Part shown: one piece after another, positions 21,040 to 29,881 of the stretch
Layout of the letters: every line of letters starts with the position of its first letter
How positions within the stretch are numbered: position 1 is the stretch's first letter
From: Actinomycetota bacterium
GTDB taxonomy: Bacteria; Actinomycetota; UBA4738
Assembly: GCA_046726275.1 (NCBI GenBank)
Contig: JBKPAF010000081.1
Location: 857-64,856, forward strand
DNA: 64,000 nt
Reading direction: 5' to 3'
The notes under the pieces: generated by a model
What the model saw: the letters and a program-made list of their open reading frames with translations, nothing else
Told to the model about the DNA's origin: nothing
The model's database searches: none
Program-made: the position numbers and the translations under genes

Positions 21040-21840
21040 TTAGGACTCCTTCTCGCTCTTCTTCCTTCTGGACCGGCGTGCCGAGCCTGACGTGCTCTCT
21101 CCGGCTCGCGCGCTCGAACCCTTTGCCTTCGGGGACTTGGCCGGCGCCTTCGCCGAGGTGGTACTGGCCTTGGCCGTCCTCTTCCTCCCCGAGGATTTCG
21201 GCGGCGAGCCCGAGCCGGACTTCGGGGCACCGGCGGCCGCTTTCCGCGCCCGGGATGTGGTCCCGGTGGGCCTGCGGGTCTGTCCAGGCCTCGAATCGTC
21301 CTTCCCGCGCGGTTTCCTTCCGGTGGGCCCCGGTTGAGACGGGCGCTGTGGCTGCGGCTGGGGCTTGGGCAGCCCCTCCCACTTCGGGATCTGGCCGAGT
21401 GGCAGCGAGACCGGCTTCTGGGCCTGGTGGGGATGGTCGGATCCCTCGTAGACCGCGAGCTTCCTGGCCATCTGCCTGCCCAGACGGTTCTTCGGCAGCA
21501 TCCCTGTGACGGCCTTCTCCACGACCTGCACGGGGCGCTTGTCGATCATTCGGGAAAAGGCGATCCGGTTGAGACCCCCTGGATACCCCGAGTGCCGCAC
21601 GTAGACCTTCTTCTCCTCCTTGCCACCCGTGACGCGCACGCCCTTCGCGTTCACCACGATCACGTGGTCGCCGGTGTCCATGTGGGGAGCGAAGATGGGC
21701 TTGTGCTTGCCCCGGAGGATCTTGGCGACCTCGGACGCCAGGCGGCCGAGCACTGCACCATCGGCGTCGATGACGTACCAGCGACGCTCGATGTCACGCG
21801 GCTTTGGCGAGAAGGTTTTCACGGTAGTTGCACCCATCAT
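21040..21840 (-). CDS. rplM: 50S ribosomal protein L13 with a basic C-terminal extension of about 115 aa
   Basis: Core sequence: [58 protein letters not shown]...HPHQAQKPV. The start is either ATG 21840 or GTG 21822. The track ORF begins at 21900. Confidence 0.9.
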   Translation of the reverse strand: MMGATTVKTFSPKPRDIERRWYVIDADGAVLGRLASEVAKILRGKHKPIFAPHMDTGDHVIVVNAKGVRVTGGKEEKKVYVRHSGYPGGLNRIAFSRMIDKRPVQVVEKAVTGMLPKNRLGRQMARKLAVYEGSDHPHQAQKPVSLPLGQIPKWEGLPKPQPQPQRPSQPGPTGRKPRGKDDSRPGQTRRPTGTTSRARKAAAGAPKSGSGSPPKSSGRKRTAKASTTSAKAPAKSPKAKGSSARAGESTSGSARRSRRKKSEKES

Positions 21841-21871
21841 GAAAGGCGGCCGGAAACCCGGCCGACAGGGC

Positions 21872-21900
21872 AGTTTACCTGCGCTTTCGCTGACCGTCAA
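21872..21900 (-). promoter_or_regulatory. Candidate promoter of rplM-rpsI
   Basis: Minus strand reads TTGACG-N17-TAAACT. It is followed by a 7-bp hairpin (CGGCCGG GTTT CCGGCCG, 21847-21864) just before the start codon. Confidence 0.45.
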
Positions 21901-21922
21901 AGATAGAGGAGCGAGGCACGTC

Positions 21923-22735
21923 TCAGAGGTACTGATCGACTGTCACGAAGTCGTAGCCCCGGGCCTGGATCTCCTCGATGATGCGTGGCAGGGCCTCGGC
22001 GTCCAGCGTCGAGTGGTCGGTGGGATGGGACCCCACGTGCATGATGACGATCTCGCCCGGCCGGAGGCCCGCCAGCACCCTGTCCACGACCTTCTGCACG
22101 TCCTGTCCCTCCGAGGTCCCCTGCCATCCCCTCGTATCCACGGTCCAGTTGATCGCTCCGTACCCGAGCGCATTGGCCAGATCGACGGTGCGCTGATCAG
22201 CCGCTCCGAAGGGGAACCGGAACATCGGATGGGTATCCCTCCCCGTCGCCGCCTCGATGGCCTCAGCAGCCTTGCGGATCTCTTCGTGGACATCGGGGTC
22301 CGAGAGCTTGGTCAGGTCCGGGTGGCTGTAACTGTGGTTGGCCACCGGATGCCTGGCCCCGATCCTCGCAGCATGCCCGGGATAGAGCTCGACCCATTTG
22401 CCGGTGAGGAAGAAGGTTCCCGGCACGTCGTACCGGGCGAGGGTCGACAGAATGGATGGGACTCCGTCCGCATTGGCCCCGGCGTCGAAGGTCAGCGCCA
22501 CAACCTTCTCGCTCGTCGGGAGCCGGTACCACTGGGTTCCAACCAGAGACTGAGGGATCCCGTTGCCGGGGTCTGGCCGGGGCGTGGCACTGGGGCCTGG
22601 GAACGAGGGCCCGCCGGTCGGTGCCGCTGGGCGCCTCGCGTCGATCGTCCCGGTGGCGCAAGCCGATCCAAGGAGGGCGAGGATCGCCATGAAGGCGGTT
22701 GCCCAGGCGAACCGAGCTGCAACCCGGGGCTTCAT
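21923..22735 (-). CDS. Polysaccharide deacetylase (NodB homology domain), exported and possibly a lipoprotein
   Basis: [19 protein letters not shown]...[10 protein letters not shown]...[12 protein letters not shown]-terminus from ATG 22735: [26 protein letters not shown], an imperfect lipobox. Confidence 0.85.
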   Translation of the reverse strand: MKPRVAARFAWATAFMAILALLGSACATGTIDARRPAAPTGGPSFPGPSATPRPDPGNGIPQSLVGTQWYRLPTSEKVVALTFDAGANADGVPSILSTLARYDVPGTFFLTGKWVELYPGHAARIGARHPVANHSYSHPDLTKLSDPDVHEEIRKAAEAIEAATGRDTHPMFRFPFGAADQRTVDLANALGYGAINWTVDTRGWQGTSEGQDVQKVVDRVLAGLRPGEIVIMHVGSHPTDHSTLDAEALPRIIEEIQARGYDFVTVDQYL

Positions 22736-22792
22736 GCGTCCGATCGTCGCGGCGAACGGCAACCCCGGGTTCACCCTGGGGTAACAGTGCGG

Positions 22793-23557
22793 TCACGGGG
22801 CGTTCGCGCCCATGGCGGGTCGGCCGTACTGGACCCGAACCAGGGTCAGCCCGTGGGGCGGGGCGACCGAGCCAGCTGCGGCCCGGCTTCGAGAGGCGAG
22901 GATCTTTGGCATGGCGTCCGGCTCGATCTTGCCTTCTCCCACAGCCACCAGCGTGCCGACCAGGCTGCGAACCATCTGGTGGAGGAACGCGTTGGCGAGT
23001 GCCCGGATCTCCACCCGGACTCCGGAAGCGCTCACGGCCAAGCGGCGAAGGTGCCGCACCGTCGCCGACCCGTCGTCCGGGGCCCGGCAGAACGAGGCGA
23101 AGTCGTGCTCCCCCTCGAGGAACCGGGCCGCCGCCCGCATCCGAGCGACGGAGACCTGTCCTCGGCGATGCCAGACGAAGCGTGCGGTGAAGGGACTGGG
23201 GAGATCGCCTATGTCGATGCGATAGCGGTACTCCCGCCCGGTGGCGCTGTGCCTCGCGTCGAAGCTTTCGACGGCCGTCGATGCCCTGAGAACCACGATC
23301 TCAGGGGCGAACACCGTGTTCAGCATCCGCTGGACCCGTTCGGGCGCGAGATCGTCCGGTGCCGGGAACGACGCGACCTGCCCCTCCGCGTGGACTCCGG
23401 CATCCGTCCGGCCGGCCACCGAGAGTCGAGGAGACTCCCCGAGCATCCGCGCGAGGGCTTCCGTGAGCCCGCCCTGGATCGTGCGGATGCCGGGCTGGGC
23501 GGCCCACCCGTGAAAGTCCGTTCCGTCGTACGCGAGTACGAGCTTGATGACCTTCAT
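22793..23557 (-). CDS. truA: tRNA pseudouridine(38-40) synthase
   Basis: MKVIKLVLAYDGTDFHGWAAQPG...AGRTDAGVHA. Confidence 0.93.
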   Translation of the reverse strand: MKVIKLVLAYDGTDFHGWAAQPGIRTIQGGLTEALARMLGESPRLSVAGRTDAGVHAEGQVASFPAPDDLAPERVQRMLNTVFAPEIVVLRASTAVESFDARHSATGREYRYRIDIGDLPSPFTARFVWHRRGQVSVARMRAAARFLEGEHDFASFCRAPDDGSATVRHLRRLAVSASGVRVEIRALANAFLHQMVRSLVGTLVAVGEGKIEPDAMPKILASRSRAAAGSVAPPHGLTLVRVQYGRPAMGANAP

Positions 23558-23578
23558 CGGGAGAAGTAGGCCCTCTGC

Positions 23579-23947
23579 TTACCCCTGTTGCTCTTCGGGC
23601 AGGAGCTCGATGAGCGCCATCGGGGCTCCGTCGCCCTGGCGTTGCCCCAGCTTGAGGATCCGGGTGTACCCGCCGCTTCGCTCGGCGTACCTGGGCCCGA
23701 TCTCCGAGAACAGCTTGTGTACGACGTCGCGGTCGGGCACGGTCTTGAGGACCTCCCGCCTGGCGTGCACGTCCCCCTTCTTGGCAAACGTGATGAGGTG
23801 CTCGGCCACCGGACGCAGGGCCTTGGCCTTGGCCTCGGTAGTCCGGATCCGGCCGTGCTGGAACAGCTGGGCCGCGAGCGTGCCCAGCAGCAGCCGCTGA
23901 TGGTCCGGACCGGACCCCAGGCGAGGCCCCTTCTTCGGCTTGGGCAT
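23579..23947 (-). CDS. rplQ: 50S ribosomal protein L17
   Basis: Sequence [46 protein letters not shown], and position immediately after rpoA. Confidence 0.96.
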   Translation of the reverse strand: MPKPKKGPRLGSGPDHQRLLLGTLAAQLFQHGRIRTTEAKAKALRPVAEHLITFAKKGDVHARREVLKTVPDRDVVHKLFSEIGPRYAERSGGYTRILKLGQRQGDGAPMALIELLPEEQQG

Positions 23948-24880
23948 CTACTCCTCCCGGAGCGTCAGCCCGAGCTCGTCGAGCTTGGCCTTGACCTCGT
24001 CGATGGACTTCTGGCCGAAGTTGCGGATGTCCATGAGCTCGGCCTCGCTCTTCTGCACGAGCTCGCCGACCGTGTTGATGCCTTCCCGCTTGAGGCAGTT
24101 GTACGACCGCACCGACAGGTTGAGCTCCTCGATGGTGAGCGCCAGGTCCCCGGTGAGCTGCTGCTGGTCTTGGGCGGCGCTGACCTTGATCCCCTCGCTC
24201 ACCTCCAGCTCGCCGAACAGCTCGACCAGATTCTGAAGCGTGGTCCCGGCCGAAGCGAGCGCCTTCCGAGGCGTCAGCGAGCCGTTGGTCTCCACGTCCA
24301 GGATCAGGCGGTCACGGTCGGTCATCTGCTCGACGCGGGTGTTCTCGACCGTGTAGGTGACCCTCCGGACCGGGGAGAAGATCGAATCGACCGGGATCAC
24401 TCCGATGGGGTCCCGGGGGTTCTTGTTCCGCTCAGCCGGCACGTATCCCACCCCTCGCTGGACCAGCAGCTCGAGCTCGAGGTTCGCTCCCCTGGCCAGC
24501 GTGGCCAGATGCAGGTCGGGATTGAGGATCTCCACCCCTGCCGGCGGCTGGATGTCTCCCGCGGTCACGTCGGCGGGGCCCTTGGCCTTCAGGTAGGCGC
24601 TCACGGGCTCGTCCACCTCCGACCTGATCACGAGCTGCTTGAGGTTCAGGATGATGTCGGTGACGTCCTCGGTGACCTTAGGGATGGTCGAGAACTCGTG
24701 GAGCACGCCGTCGATCCTCACCGAGGAGATCGCGGCGCCCGGGATCGATGAGAGCAACGTTCGCCTGAGCGCGTTCCCGAGCGTGTAGCCGAAGCCCGGC
24801 TGCAGCGGCTCGATGGAGAACTTCGAGCGCGTGGGCGTGATGGTCTCTTCCTGGATCTGGGGTCTTGCGACGATCAGCAC
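23948..24880 (-). CDS. rpoA: DNA-directed RNA polymerase subunit alpha
   Basis: [31 protein letters not shown]... and C-terminal domain [24 protein letters not shown] start with GGGAGGTG upstream. Confidence 0.97.
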   Translation of the reverse strand: MLIVARPQIQEETITPTRSKFSIEPLQPGFGYTLGNALRRTLLSSIPGAAISSVRIDGVLHEFSTIPKVTEDVTDIILNLKQLVIRSEVDEPVSAYLKAKGPADVTAGDIQPPAGVEILNPDLHLATLARGANLELELLVQRGVGYVPAERNKNPRDPIGVIPVDSIFSPVRRVTYTVENTRVEQMTDRDRLILDVETNGSLTPRKALASAGTTLQNLVELFGELEVSEGIKVSAAQDQQQLTGDLALTIEELNLSVRSYNCLKREGINTVGELVQKSEAELMDIRNFGQKSIDEVKAKLDELGLTLREE

Positions 24881-24964
24881 TGTGCACCTCCCGGCGGAGG
24901 ATCATCCATTCCTGCTCCGCCTGTCCTTGCCTCCCCGAACCGCTCGGCTCGGGGCCTTTCTCTG

Positions 24965-25357
24965 CTAGACGCGCCGTCTCTTCCTCGGCCGGCATCCGTT
25001 GTGCGGCACCGGGGTCACGTCTTGGATCCCGAGGATCTCGAGACCGGTGGCCGCCAGTGACCTGATTGCCGTCTCCCGCCCGGAGCCCGGTCCCTTGACG
25101 TAGACGTCCACCTTGGTCAGACCGTGCTCCTGGGCGCGTCGCGCCGCCGCTTCGGCGGCGAGCTGCGCGGCGAACGGCGTGGACTTCCGGGAGCCCTTGA
25201 AGCCGACGTTGCCTGCGCTGGCCCACGACAGGGTGTTCCCGTCGAGGTCCGTGATGGTGACGATCGTGTTGTTGAACGTGGACTTGATGTGGGCCTGTCC
25301 GTGCGAGACGTTCTTCTTTTCCCGCCGGCGAGGTTTCTTGGTCTTGGGCTTGGCCAA
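24965..25357 (-). CDS. rpsK: 30S ribosomal protein S11
   Basis: [46 protein letters not shown]...[13 protein letters not shown]. Confidence 0.97.
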   Translation of the reverse strand: MAKPKTKKPRRREKKNVSHGQAHIKSTFNNTIVTITDLDGNTLSWASAGNVGFKGSRKSTPFAAQLAAEAAARRAQEHGLTKVDVYVKGPGSGRETAIRSLAATGLEILGIQDVTPVPHNGCRPRKRRRV

Positions 25358-25358
25358 C

Positions 25359-25736
25359 CTACTTCCCCTTCTTCCGCTTCACGCCCACGGTCTTCTTCGG
25401 TCCCTTCCGGGTCCTGGCGTTGGTGTGGGTTCGCTGCCCGCGAACGGGAAGGCTCCGGCGGTGCCGGACCCCCTGGTACGAGCTGATTTCGATCTTTCTC
25501 TTGATGTCCTGGGCCACGTCCCGGCGGAGGTCTCCCTCCAGCTTGTAGTTCCGGTCGAGCCACTCCCGGATCCGGATGACCTCTTCCTCGGTGAGGTCAC
25601 GCACTTTCCGTCCGCCGTCCAGGTCCAGCCCGCGAACCGTCTCCAGGGCCCTGGTCGGGCCGATGCCGTAGATGTATCTGAGGGCCACGTCGACCCTTTT
25701 GTCCCGGGGAAGGTCGACTCCCGCGATCCGAGCCAT
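25359..25736 (-). CDS. rpsM: 30S ribosomal protein S13
   Basis: [30 protein letters not shown]... Confidence 0.97.
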   Translation of the reverse strand: MARIAGVDLPRDKRVDVALRYIYGIGPTRALETVRGLDLDGGRKVRDLTEEEVIRIREWLDRNYKLEGDLRRDVAQDIKRKIEISSYQGVRHRRSLPVRGQRTHTNARTRKGPKKTVGVKRKKGK

Positions 25737-25749
25737 TGCCGTCGTCCTC

Positions 25750-25866
25750 CTAGCCCTGTCGCTGCTTGTGCCGGGGGTCCTTGGAGCAGATGACCATGAC
25801 CCGGCCGTGCCGCCTGATCAGCTTGCACCGGTCGCACATCTTCTTCACCGATGGCCGAACCTTCAT
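25750..25866 (-). CDS. rpmJ: 50S ribosomal protein L36 (zinc-binding form)
   Basis: Not in the track because it is under 60 aa. Manual translation: [38 protein letters not shown], followed by a stop. The stop TAG is followed by GGAGG, which serves rpsM. Confidence 0.93.
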   Translation of the reverse strand: MKVRPSVKKMCDRCKLIRRHGRVMVICSKDPRHKQRQG

Positions 25867-25900
25867 GTCGAACGCTCCATCTGTCCTTTTCGTTCCCGGC

Positions 25901-26119
25901 TTATCTATATCTGTAGATGATCCGCCCCCGCGAAAGATCGTACGGGGAAAGCTCCACCAGGACCCGATCCCCCGGGAGGATCCGGATGTAGTTCATCCGC
26001 ATCTTCCCAGAGATGTGGGTCAAGACCTTGTGGCCATTGTCAAGCTCGACCCGGAACATGGCGTTCGGCAGAGGCTCCACTACCGTCCCCTCGACCTCGA
26101 TGGCATCCTTTTTCGCCAA
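25901..26119 (-). CDS. infA: Translation initiation factor IF-1
   Basis: This is the 3' end of track ORF 25901-27067. From the TTG at 26119 (GAGAGGAAATCCGGGAGC upstream) it reads (M)[71 protein letters not shown], 72 aa. Confidence 0.93.
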   Translation of the reverse strand: MAKKDAIEVEGTVVEPLPNAMFRVELDNGHKVLTHISGKMRMNYIRILPGDRVLVELSPYDLSRGRIIYRYR

Positions 26120-26178
26120 GCTCCCGGATTTCCTCTCGAACACGCAGAAATACGCCGGCTGATTGCCGACGCGTACCC

Positions 26179-26208
26179 AGTATACGGGGCGATAAGGGAG
26201 AACGTCTA
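26179..26208 (-). promoter_or_regulatory. Candidate promoter for infA-rpmJ-rpsM
   Basis: Minus strand reads TAGACG-N18-TATACT, in the 95-nt gap between the REC-EAL stop and infA. Confidence 0.35.
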
Positions 26209-26214
26209 CCGCCG

Positions 26215-27423
26215 TCAAGCCGCGGATGGTGGCGTCTGCTCCAAGACCTGGGCGGGATCTTGCTGGGGGAGAACGAAACGGGGCCGCCCCAGATAGAACC
26301 CCTGGCCGTACCGGACGCCCAGCGATCGGAGACAGTCGAGCTCGTCCCTCGTCTCGACCCCTTCGGCGATGATGGTCGCCCCCACTTCGGCGGCGAAGGA
26401 GATCATGGCGGAGGCCAAAGCCCGGCGATTTCGATCCCGGTCGATGCCCTGGGCGAGCGACATGTCCAGCTTGATGAGGTCCGGTTGGAGTGCCACCACA
26501 TGGCGGAGGCTGGCGAACCCGGCCCCGGCGTCGTCGATGGCGAGTCTGCCCCCACGGGACCGAAAGCCCTCGAGCGCCTCGAGCAGGTCGGCGTAGTCCG
26601 CCACTCGGGCGTGCTCCGTTACCTCGACCACGATCCTCCATGCCTGCTCCCGCCCGAGCAGGCGCTGGACACCTTCGGACGTGATCGCATCCGGCGAGAG
26701 GTTCACCGACAGGAACCAGTGGGCGGGGAGGCGATCGAGCCAAATCAGACACCGAGCGAGGGCCGCGAGCTCCAAGTCCACCCGCAGGCCGATGGCGTCC
26801 GCCTCCTCGAACCACTCGCGCGGGCCCCAGTCCGGGGGCGGGTCGAATCGGGCCAACGCCTCCACGCCCTCGACCCGGCCGGATCGGAGGTCGACGACGG
26901 GCTGCAAGGCGGCGGTGAGCCCGTCGCCTTCGATGACCTTGTGAGTCCGGACCGACAGCCGGACGAAGTCCTCTGACTCGCGCTCCTGATGCCTCAAGTA
27001 CCGATCGATCTCCTCGACGAGCGTGGCGGTGACCTTCTTCGAGAGGGTGAACCCGCCCTCGACGCATTCCCTGATTGCCGAGAGGATCTCCTCAGGGCGG
27101 TCTCCCTTGACCAGGTAGCCGGCGACGCCCGCCGCCAGCATGCGCAGCATGTCCTCTCGTTCCTCATGCGCCGACAGGACGATGACCTGAGTTCCAGCCG
27201 AGCGTGATCGAAGCTCACGCACGACCATGTCGCCCCCTCCCCCCGGCATCTGGACGTTCACCAGGGCCACTTCTGGGTGATGCCGCTCGGCGAGATCGAT
27301 CGCCTGGGCGGCATCCTCTGCCACGCCGACGAGATCGAGCGACGCCTCCCGGTCGATCAGCTCGATCAGAGCTTCACGCAAGGCCGGGTCGTCACCCGCG
27401 ACGAGTACCCGGATTCTGTCCAC
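26215..27423 (-). CDS. Receiver-domain (atypical) plus EAL-domain protein, putative c-di-GMP phosphodiesterase
   Basis: N-terminal NarL-type REC domain ([16 protein letters not shown]...VLSAH...GYLVKG) and C-terminal EAL domain ([47 protein letters not shown]). GTG start with GGGAGG 6 nt upstream. Confidence 0.88.
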   Translation of the reverse strand: MDRIRVLVAGDDPALREALIELIDREASLDLVGVAEDAAQAIDLAERHHPEVALVNVQMPGGGGDMVVRELRSRSAGTQVIVLSAHEEREDMLRMLAAGVAGYLVKGDRPEEILSAIRECVEGGFTLSKKVTATLVEEIDRYLRHQERESEDFVRLSVRTHKVIEGDGLTAALQPVVDLRSGRVEGVEALARFDPPPDWGPREWFEEADAIGLRVDLELAALARCLIWLDRLPAHWFLSVNLSPDAITSEGVQRLLGREQAWRIVVEVTEHARVADYADLLEALEGFRSRGGRLAIDDAGAGFASLRHVVALQPDLIKLDMSLAQGIDRDRNRRALASAMISFAAEVGATIIAEGVETRDELDCLRSLGVRYGQGFYLGRPRFVLPQQDPAQVLEQTPPSAA

Positions 27424-27655
27424 GGCGACCTCCCTGGCCGACCATTCCCGACACCTGACCCTGTCCGGCCGCAGCTCGCATCGGAAGCCGCGCCCTCCCC
27501 CGCCGCGACCGTCCGACGAGCTCTCGCCCCCAGCGCTTCCACCCGCACGCGTTGCAATGGGTGAACGAGATGATTTCGCCGTGGGGATTCATGGTCACGG
27601 TGAGCATCTCGTCCGAACCGCACTTCGGGCAGCCGTGCTGCGGGTCGATTTCCAT
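27392..27655 (-). CDS. Hypothetical small zinc-ribbon protein
   Basis: From ATG 27655: MEIDPQHGCPKCGSDEMLTVTMNPHGEIISFTHCNACGWKRW, followed by an Arg/Gly-rich tail. It has paired CxxC motifs and high GC3 in the first roughly 45 codons. The 3' end overlaps the REC-EAL start by 32 nt. The Shine-Dalgarno sequence is weak, so the gene call is tentative. Confidence 0.4.
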   Translation of the reverse strand: MEIDPQHGCPKCGSDEMLTVTMNPHGEIISFTHCNACGWKRWGRELVGRSRRGRARLPMRAAAGQGQVSGMVGQGGRRGQNPGTRRG

Positions 27656-27711
27656 GGGACTCAGTTCATCTTCGCCACCGCAGGCCCCGGCGCGCACCGG
27701 CCAACCGTCCT

Positions 27712-27727
27712 ATTTAACTAGTTAAAT
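27712..27727. promoter_or_regulatory. 16-bp perfect palindrome (candidate operator) in a divergent intergenic region
   Basis: ATTTAACTAGTTAAAT equals its own reverse complement. It sits in a locally AT-rich patch of an otherwise high-GC sequence. Confidence 0.5.
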
Positions 27728-27743
27728 TAGAAGGGCGCGAGGC

Positions 27744-27759
27744 TAGTTCGTTCGAACTA
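27744..27759. promoter_or_regulatory. 7-2-7 inverted repeat (candidate operator)
   Basis: TAGTTCG-TT-CGAACTA, 16 nt downstream of the first palindrome. Confidence 0.4.
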
Positions 27760-27888
27760 AACCCTGTCTCCCGAGCGGCACGGTTTCCGGGTGAACTGCC
27801 GAGCTCGCTCAACGAGGCCGCAGTGAGGTCGATATTCGAAAGCGAGGGCGGCAGCCGACCGACAGCCCGGATCCTTTGGGAGAACAGA

Positions 27889-28374
27889 ATGGCCGATCCC
27901 GACGAGGCCACCGAGCACGACCATCGCCAGAATCCCCCGATCCTCCTGGTGGAAGAGGACGTCACTCAAGTAATGCTGGTCGAGCGTGTGCTCCGGAAGG
28001 CCAAACTGGCCAATCCCCTGTTGGCTCTTCGAGACGGCGAGGAGGCCATCGCCTATCTGGACGGGCGCGGCGAGTACGACGATCGCTCTCGACACCCCCT
28101 GCCGGCCCTGGTTCTCTTGGACGTCCACATTCCGGGCGCGTCGGGCCTGGAGATCCTCACCTGGCTCCGAGACCAGCCCTCCCTCGACCACATCCCGGCG
28201 GTGGTTCTGTCGGGATCGGCCGAGTCAGAGGTCATCGATCGGGCCTTCGAGCTCGGCGCCGCGTCGTACCTGGTCAAGCCCGTAGCCTTCGATGCCCTGC
28301 TGGACGCGGTAGGAGGCCTGGGGTTGTCGTGGGTTCTTCTCGGGAAGAGCCCGGGCAGCTCGAATGGGCGCTAG
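27889..28374 (+). CDS. Stand-alone response regulator receiver protein (CheY/Rcp1-like)
   Basis: ILLVEEDVTQVMLVERVL...PALVLLDVHIPGASGLEIL...IPAVVLSGS...SYLVKP. All canonical acidic, Asp, Ser and Lys positions are present. The start is trimmed to ATG 27889 (GGGAGAA upstream). Confidence 0.85.
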   Translation: MADPDEATEHDHRQNPPILLVEEDVTQVMLVERVLRKAKLANPLLALRDGEEAIAYLDGRGEYDDRSRHPLPALVLLDVHIPGASGLEILTWLRDQPSLDHIPAVVLSGSAESEVIDRAFELGAASYLVKPVAFDALLDAVGGLGLSWVLLGKSPGSSNGR

Positions 28375-29851
28375 TCCTCGACGGCTGATCCTCATGGCCG
28401 GGGCCGCGGTCCTGGCCACGGCCGTCATGGTGACCCGGCTGCTCAGGAGAGGAGATTACGGGGAGCTCTTCCTCGCACTCGGCGCGACGGTGCTCTTCCT
28501 CCTTGTCCTGATCGGCCTCAATTCCCTACGTCGGCGGGAGCTCATCCAGCAGGCCCTGTACGACCCATTGACCGGACTCGCCAACAGGACGCTGTTCTCC
28601 GATCGCCTTTCCCATGTCCTCGGAGGGGCCATCCGGCACGGACGAACGGTTTCGGTTCTGGTGATGGACCTGAACGGGTTCAAGGCCGTGAACGACACGT
28701 TCGGTCACGCCGCCGGCGACCAGCTCCTGGTCGAGATCGCGGACCGGCTTCGGGCGAGCGTGCGGCCAACCGACACGGTGGCCCGGCTGGGCGGGGACGA
28801 GTTCGCCGTCCTTTTGGAGGAGGCGCCGGTCGCCGACGCCATCGGAGTCGCCGAGCGACTGCTCGAGAGCCTTGGGACGCCGATCGACATCGAGGGCCGC
28901 GAGGTGTTCGTCGACGGAAGCATTGGCATCGCCGAGTCGCCGTCGGGTTCCATCAGCGCGGAAGCCCTCCTGCGAGATGCGGACGCCGCCATGTACACGG
29001 CGAAGCGTGCGGGGAAAGGCGCCTATGAGGTCTTCCAGCCCGAGTTCCACGTGGAGGTGCTCAAACGGTTCGAGCTGTCAACGGACCTCCGCCGGGCCCT
29101 GGAGCACCGGGAATTCGTCCTTCACTACCAGCCCATCGTCACCCTGAAGGAAGGGACGATCATCGGCGTGGAGGCATTGATCCGTTGGCAGGCACCGGAC
29201 GGGCACTTGGTCCCACCGCTCGACTTCATCCCAGTGGCCGAGCAGACCGGGCTGATCGTTCCCATGGACCGGTGGGTCATGAAGGAGGCGTGCAGGCAGG
29301 CCAGCTCATGGACGAAGGAACTGCCGGACGACCAGGCCATCTCGATCAGCGTGAACGTCTCGGTCAAGCAGCTGAACGAAGCCGGGCTGGCCGAAGCGGT
29401 ACGGGAGACCCTCCAGGAGACGGGCCTCGACGCTCATCGCCTGACGCTGGAGATCACCGAGAGTGTGCTCATGCAGGACGCCGAGGCCACGTTGGCCATC
29501 CTGCGTGCGCTCAAGGCTTTGGGGATCCGGCTCGCCATCGACGACTTCGGGATCGGGTTCTCCTCGTTGAACTACCTGCGTCGGCTGCCTGTGGACGTGG
29601 TCAAGATCGACCGGTCCTTCGTGGCGGGCATCGCCAGCCAGAGCAGCGAGTGGACGCTGGCCCGGGGAATCATCCGGCTCGTGCACGAGCTGGGCCTGGA
29701 GACCGTGGCGGAAGGGGTCGAGCGCGCCGACCAGAGGGCCCACCTTCAGGCGCTGGGATGCCGGTTCGCTCAGGGATATTTCTTCGGCCGGCCGTTGGAG
29801 CCGGAAGGGGTGGCCGAGCTCCTGGCCAAGGCCAACTCCCGCACCGCGTGA
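28364..29851 (+). CDS. Membrane-anchored GGDEF-EAL protein (diguanylate cyclase/phosphodiesterase)
   Basis: Two N-terminal hydrophobic helices. GGDEF domain: YDPLTGLANR, an RPTD I-site five residues before LGGDEF. EAL domain: GVEALIRW, LEITES, LAIDDFGIGFSSLNYL, VAEGVE, AQGYFFGRP. The start overlaps the REC gene by 11 nt. Confidence 0.92.
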   Translation: MGASPRRLILMAGAAVLATAVMVTRLLRRGDYGELFLALGATVLFLLVLIGLNSLRRRELIQQALYDPLTGLANRTLFSDRLSHVLGGAIRHGRTVSVLVMDLNGFKAVNDTFGHAAGDQLLVEIADRLRASVRPTDTVARLGGDEFAVLLEEAPVADAIGVAERLLESLGTPIDIEGREVFVDGSIGIAESPSGSISAEALLRDADAAMYTAKRAGKGAYEVFQPEFHVEVLKRFELSTDLRRALEHREFVLHYQPIVTLKEGTIIGVEALIRWQAPDGHLVPPLDFIPVAEQTGLIVPMDRWVMKEACRQASSWTKELPDDQAISISVNVSVKQLNEAGLAEAVRETLQETGLDAHRLTLEITESVLMQDAEATLAILRALKALGIRLAIDDFGIGFSSLNYLRRLPVDVVKIDRSFVAGIASQSSEWTLARGIIRLVHELGLETVAEGVERADQRAHLQALGCRFAQGYFFGRPLEPEGVAELLAKANSRTA

Positions 29852-29881
29852 CCGCCCCGAGGCCCGGCGGGGGCTGCCCGT

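Noticed and set aside
20303-21382. 359-aa minus-strand ORF spanning the rpsI and rplM region
   Set aside because: It is an alternative frame of the genuine S9 and L13 genes, with an Arg/Pro/Gly-rich nonsense-like translation.
25901-27067. N-terminal extensions of track ORFs (388 aa for infA, and likewise for adk, rplP, rplD, rplX, rplF, rpsJ, tsaD, alr and map)
   Set aside because: The track reports the longest ORF. The conserved protein begins at an internal start that abuts or overlaps the upstream gene's stop, and the extra N-terminal sequence overlaps the upstream gene in another frame.
27714-27965. 83-aa minus-strand ORF in the divergent intergenic region
   Set aside because: It is antisense to the well-supported receiver gene start and spans the AT-rich operator patch. 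It has a Ser-rich, low-complexity translation and no recognisable motif.
26120-29881. c-di-GMP module as a recently acquired mobile element
   Set aside because: No transposase or integrase gene, no tRNA target and no flanking direct or inverted repeats are visible. Base composition matches the surroundings. It is therefore reported as a native insertion, not a mobile element.
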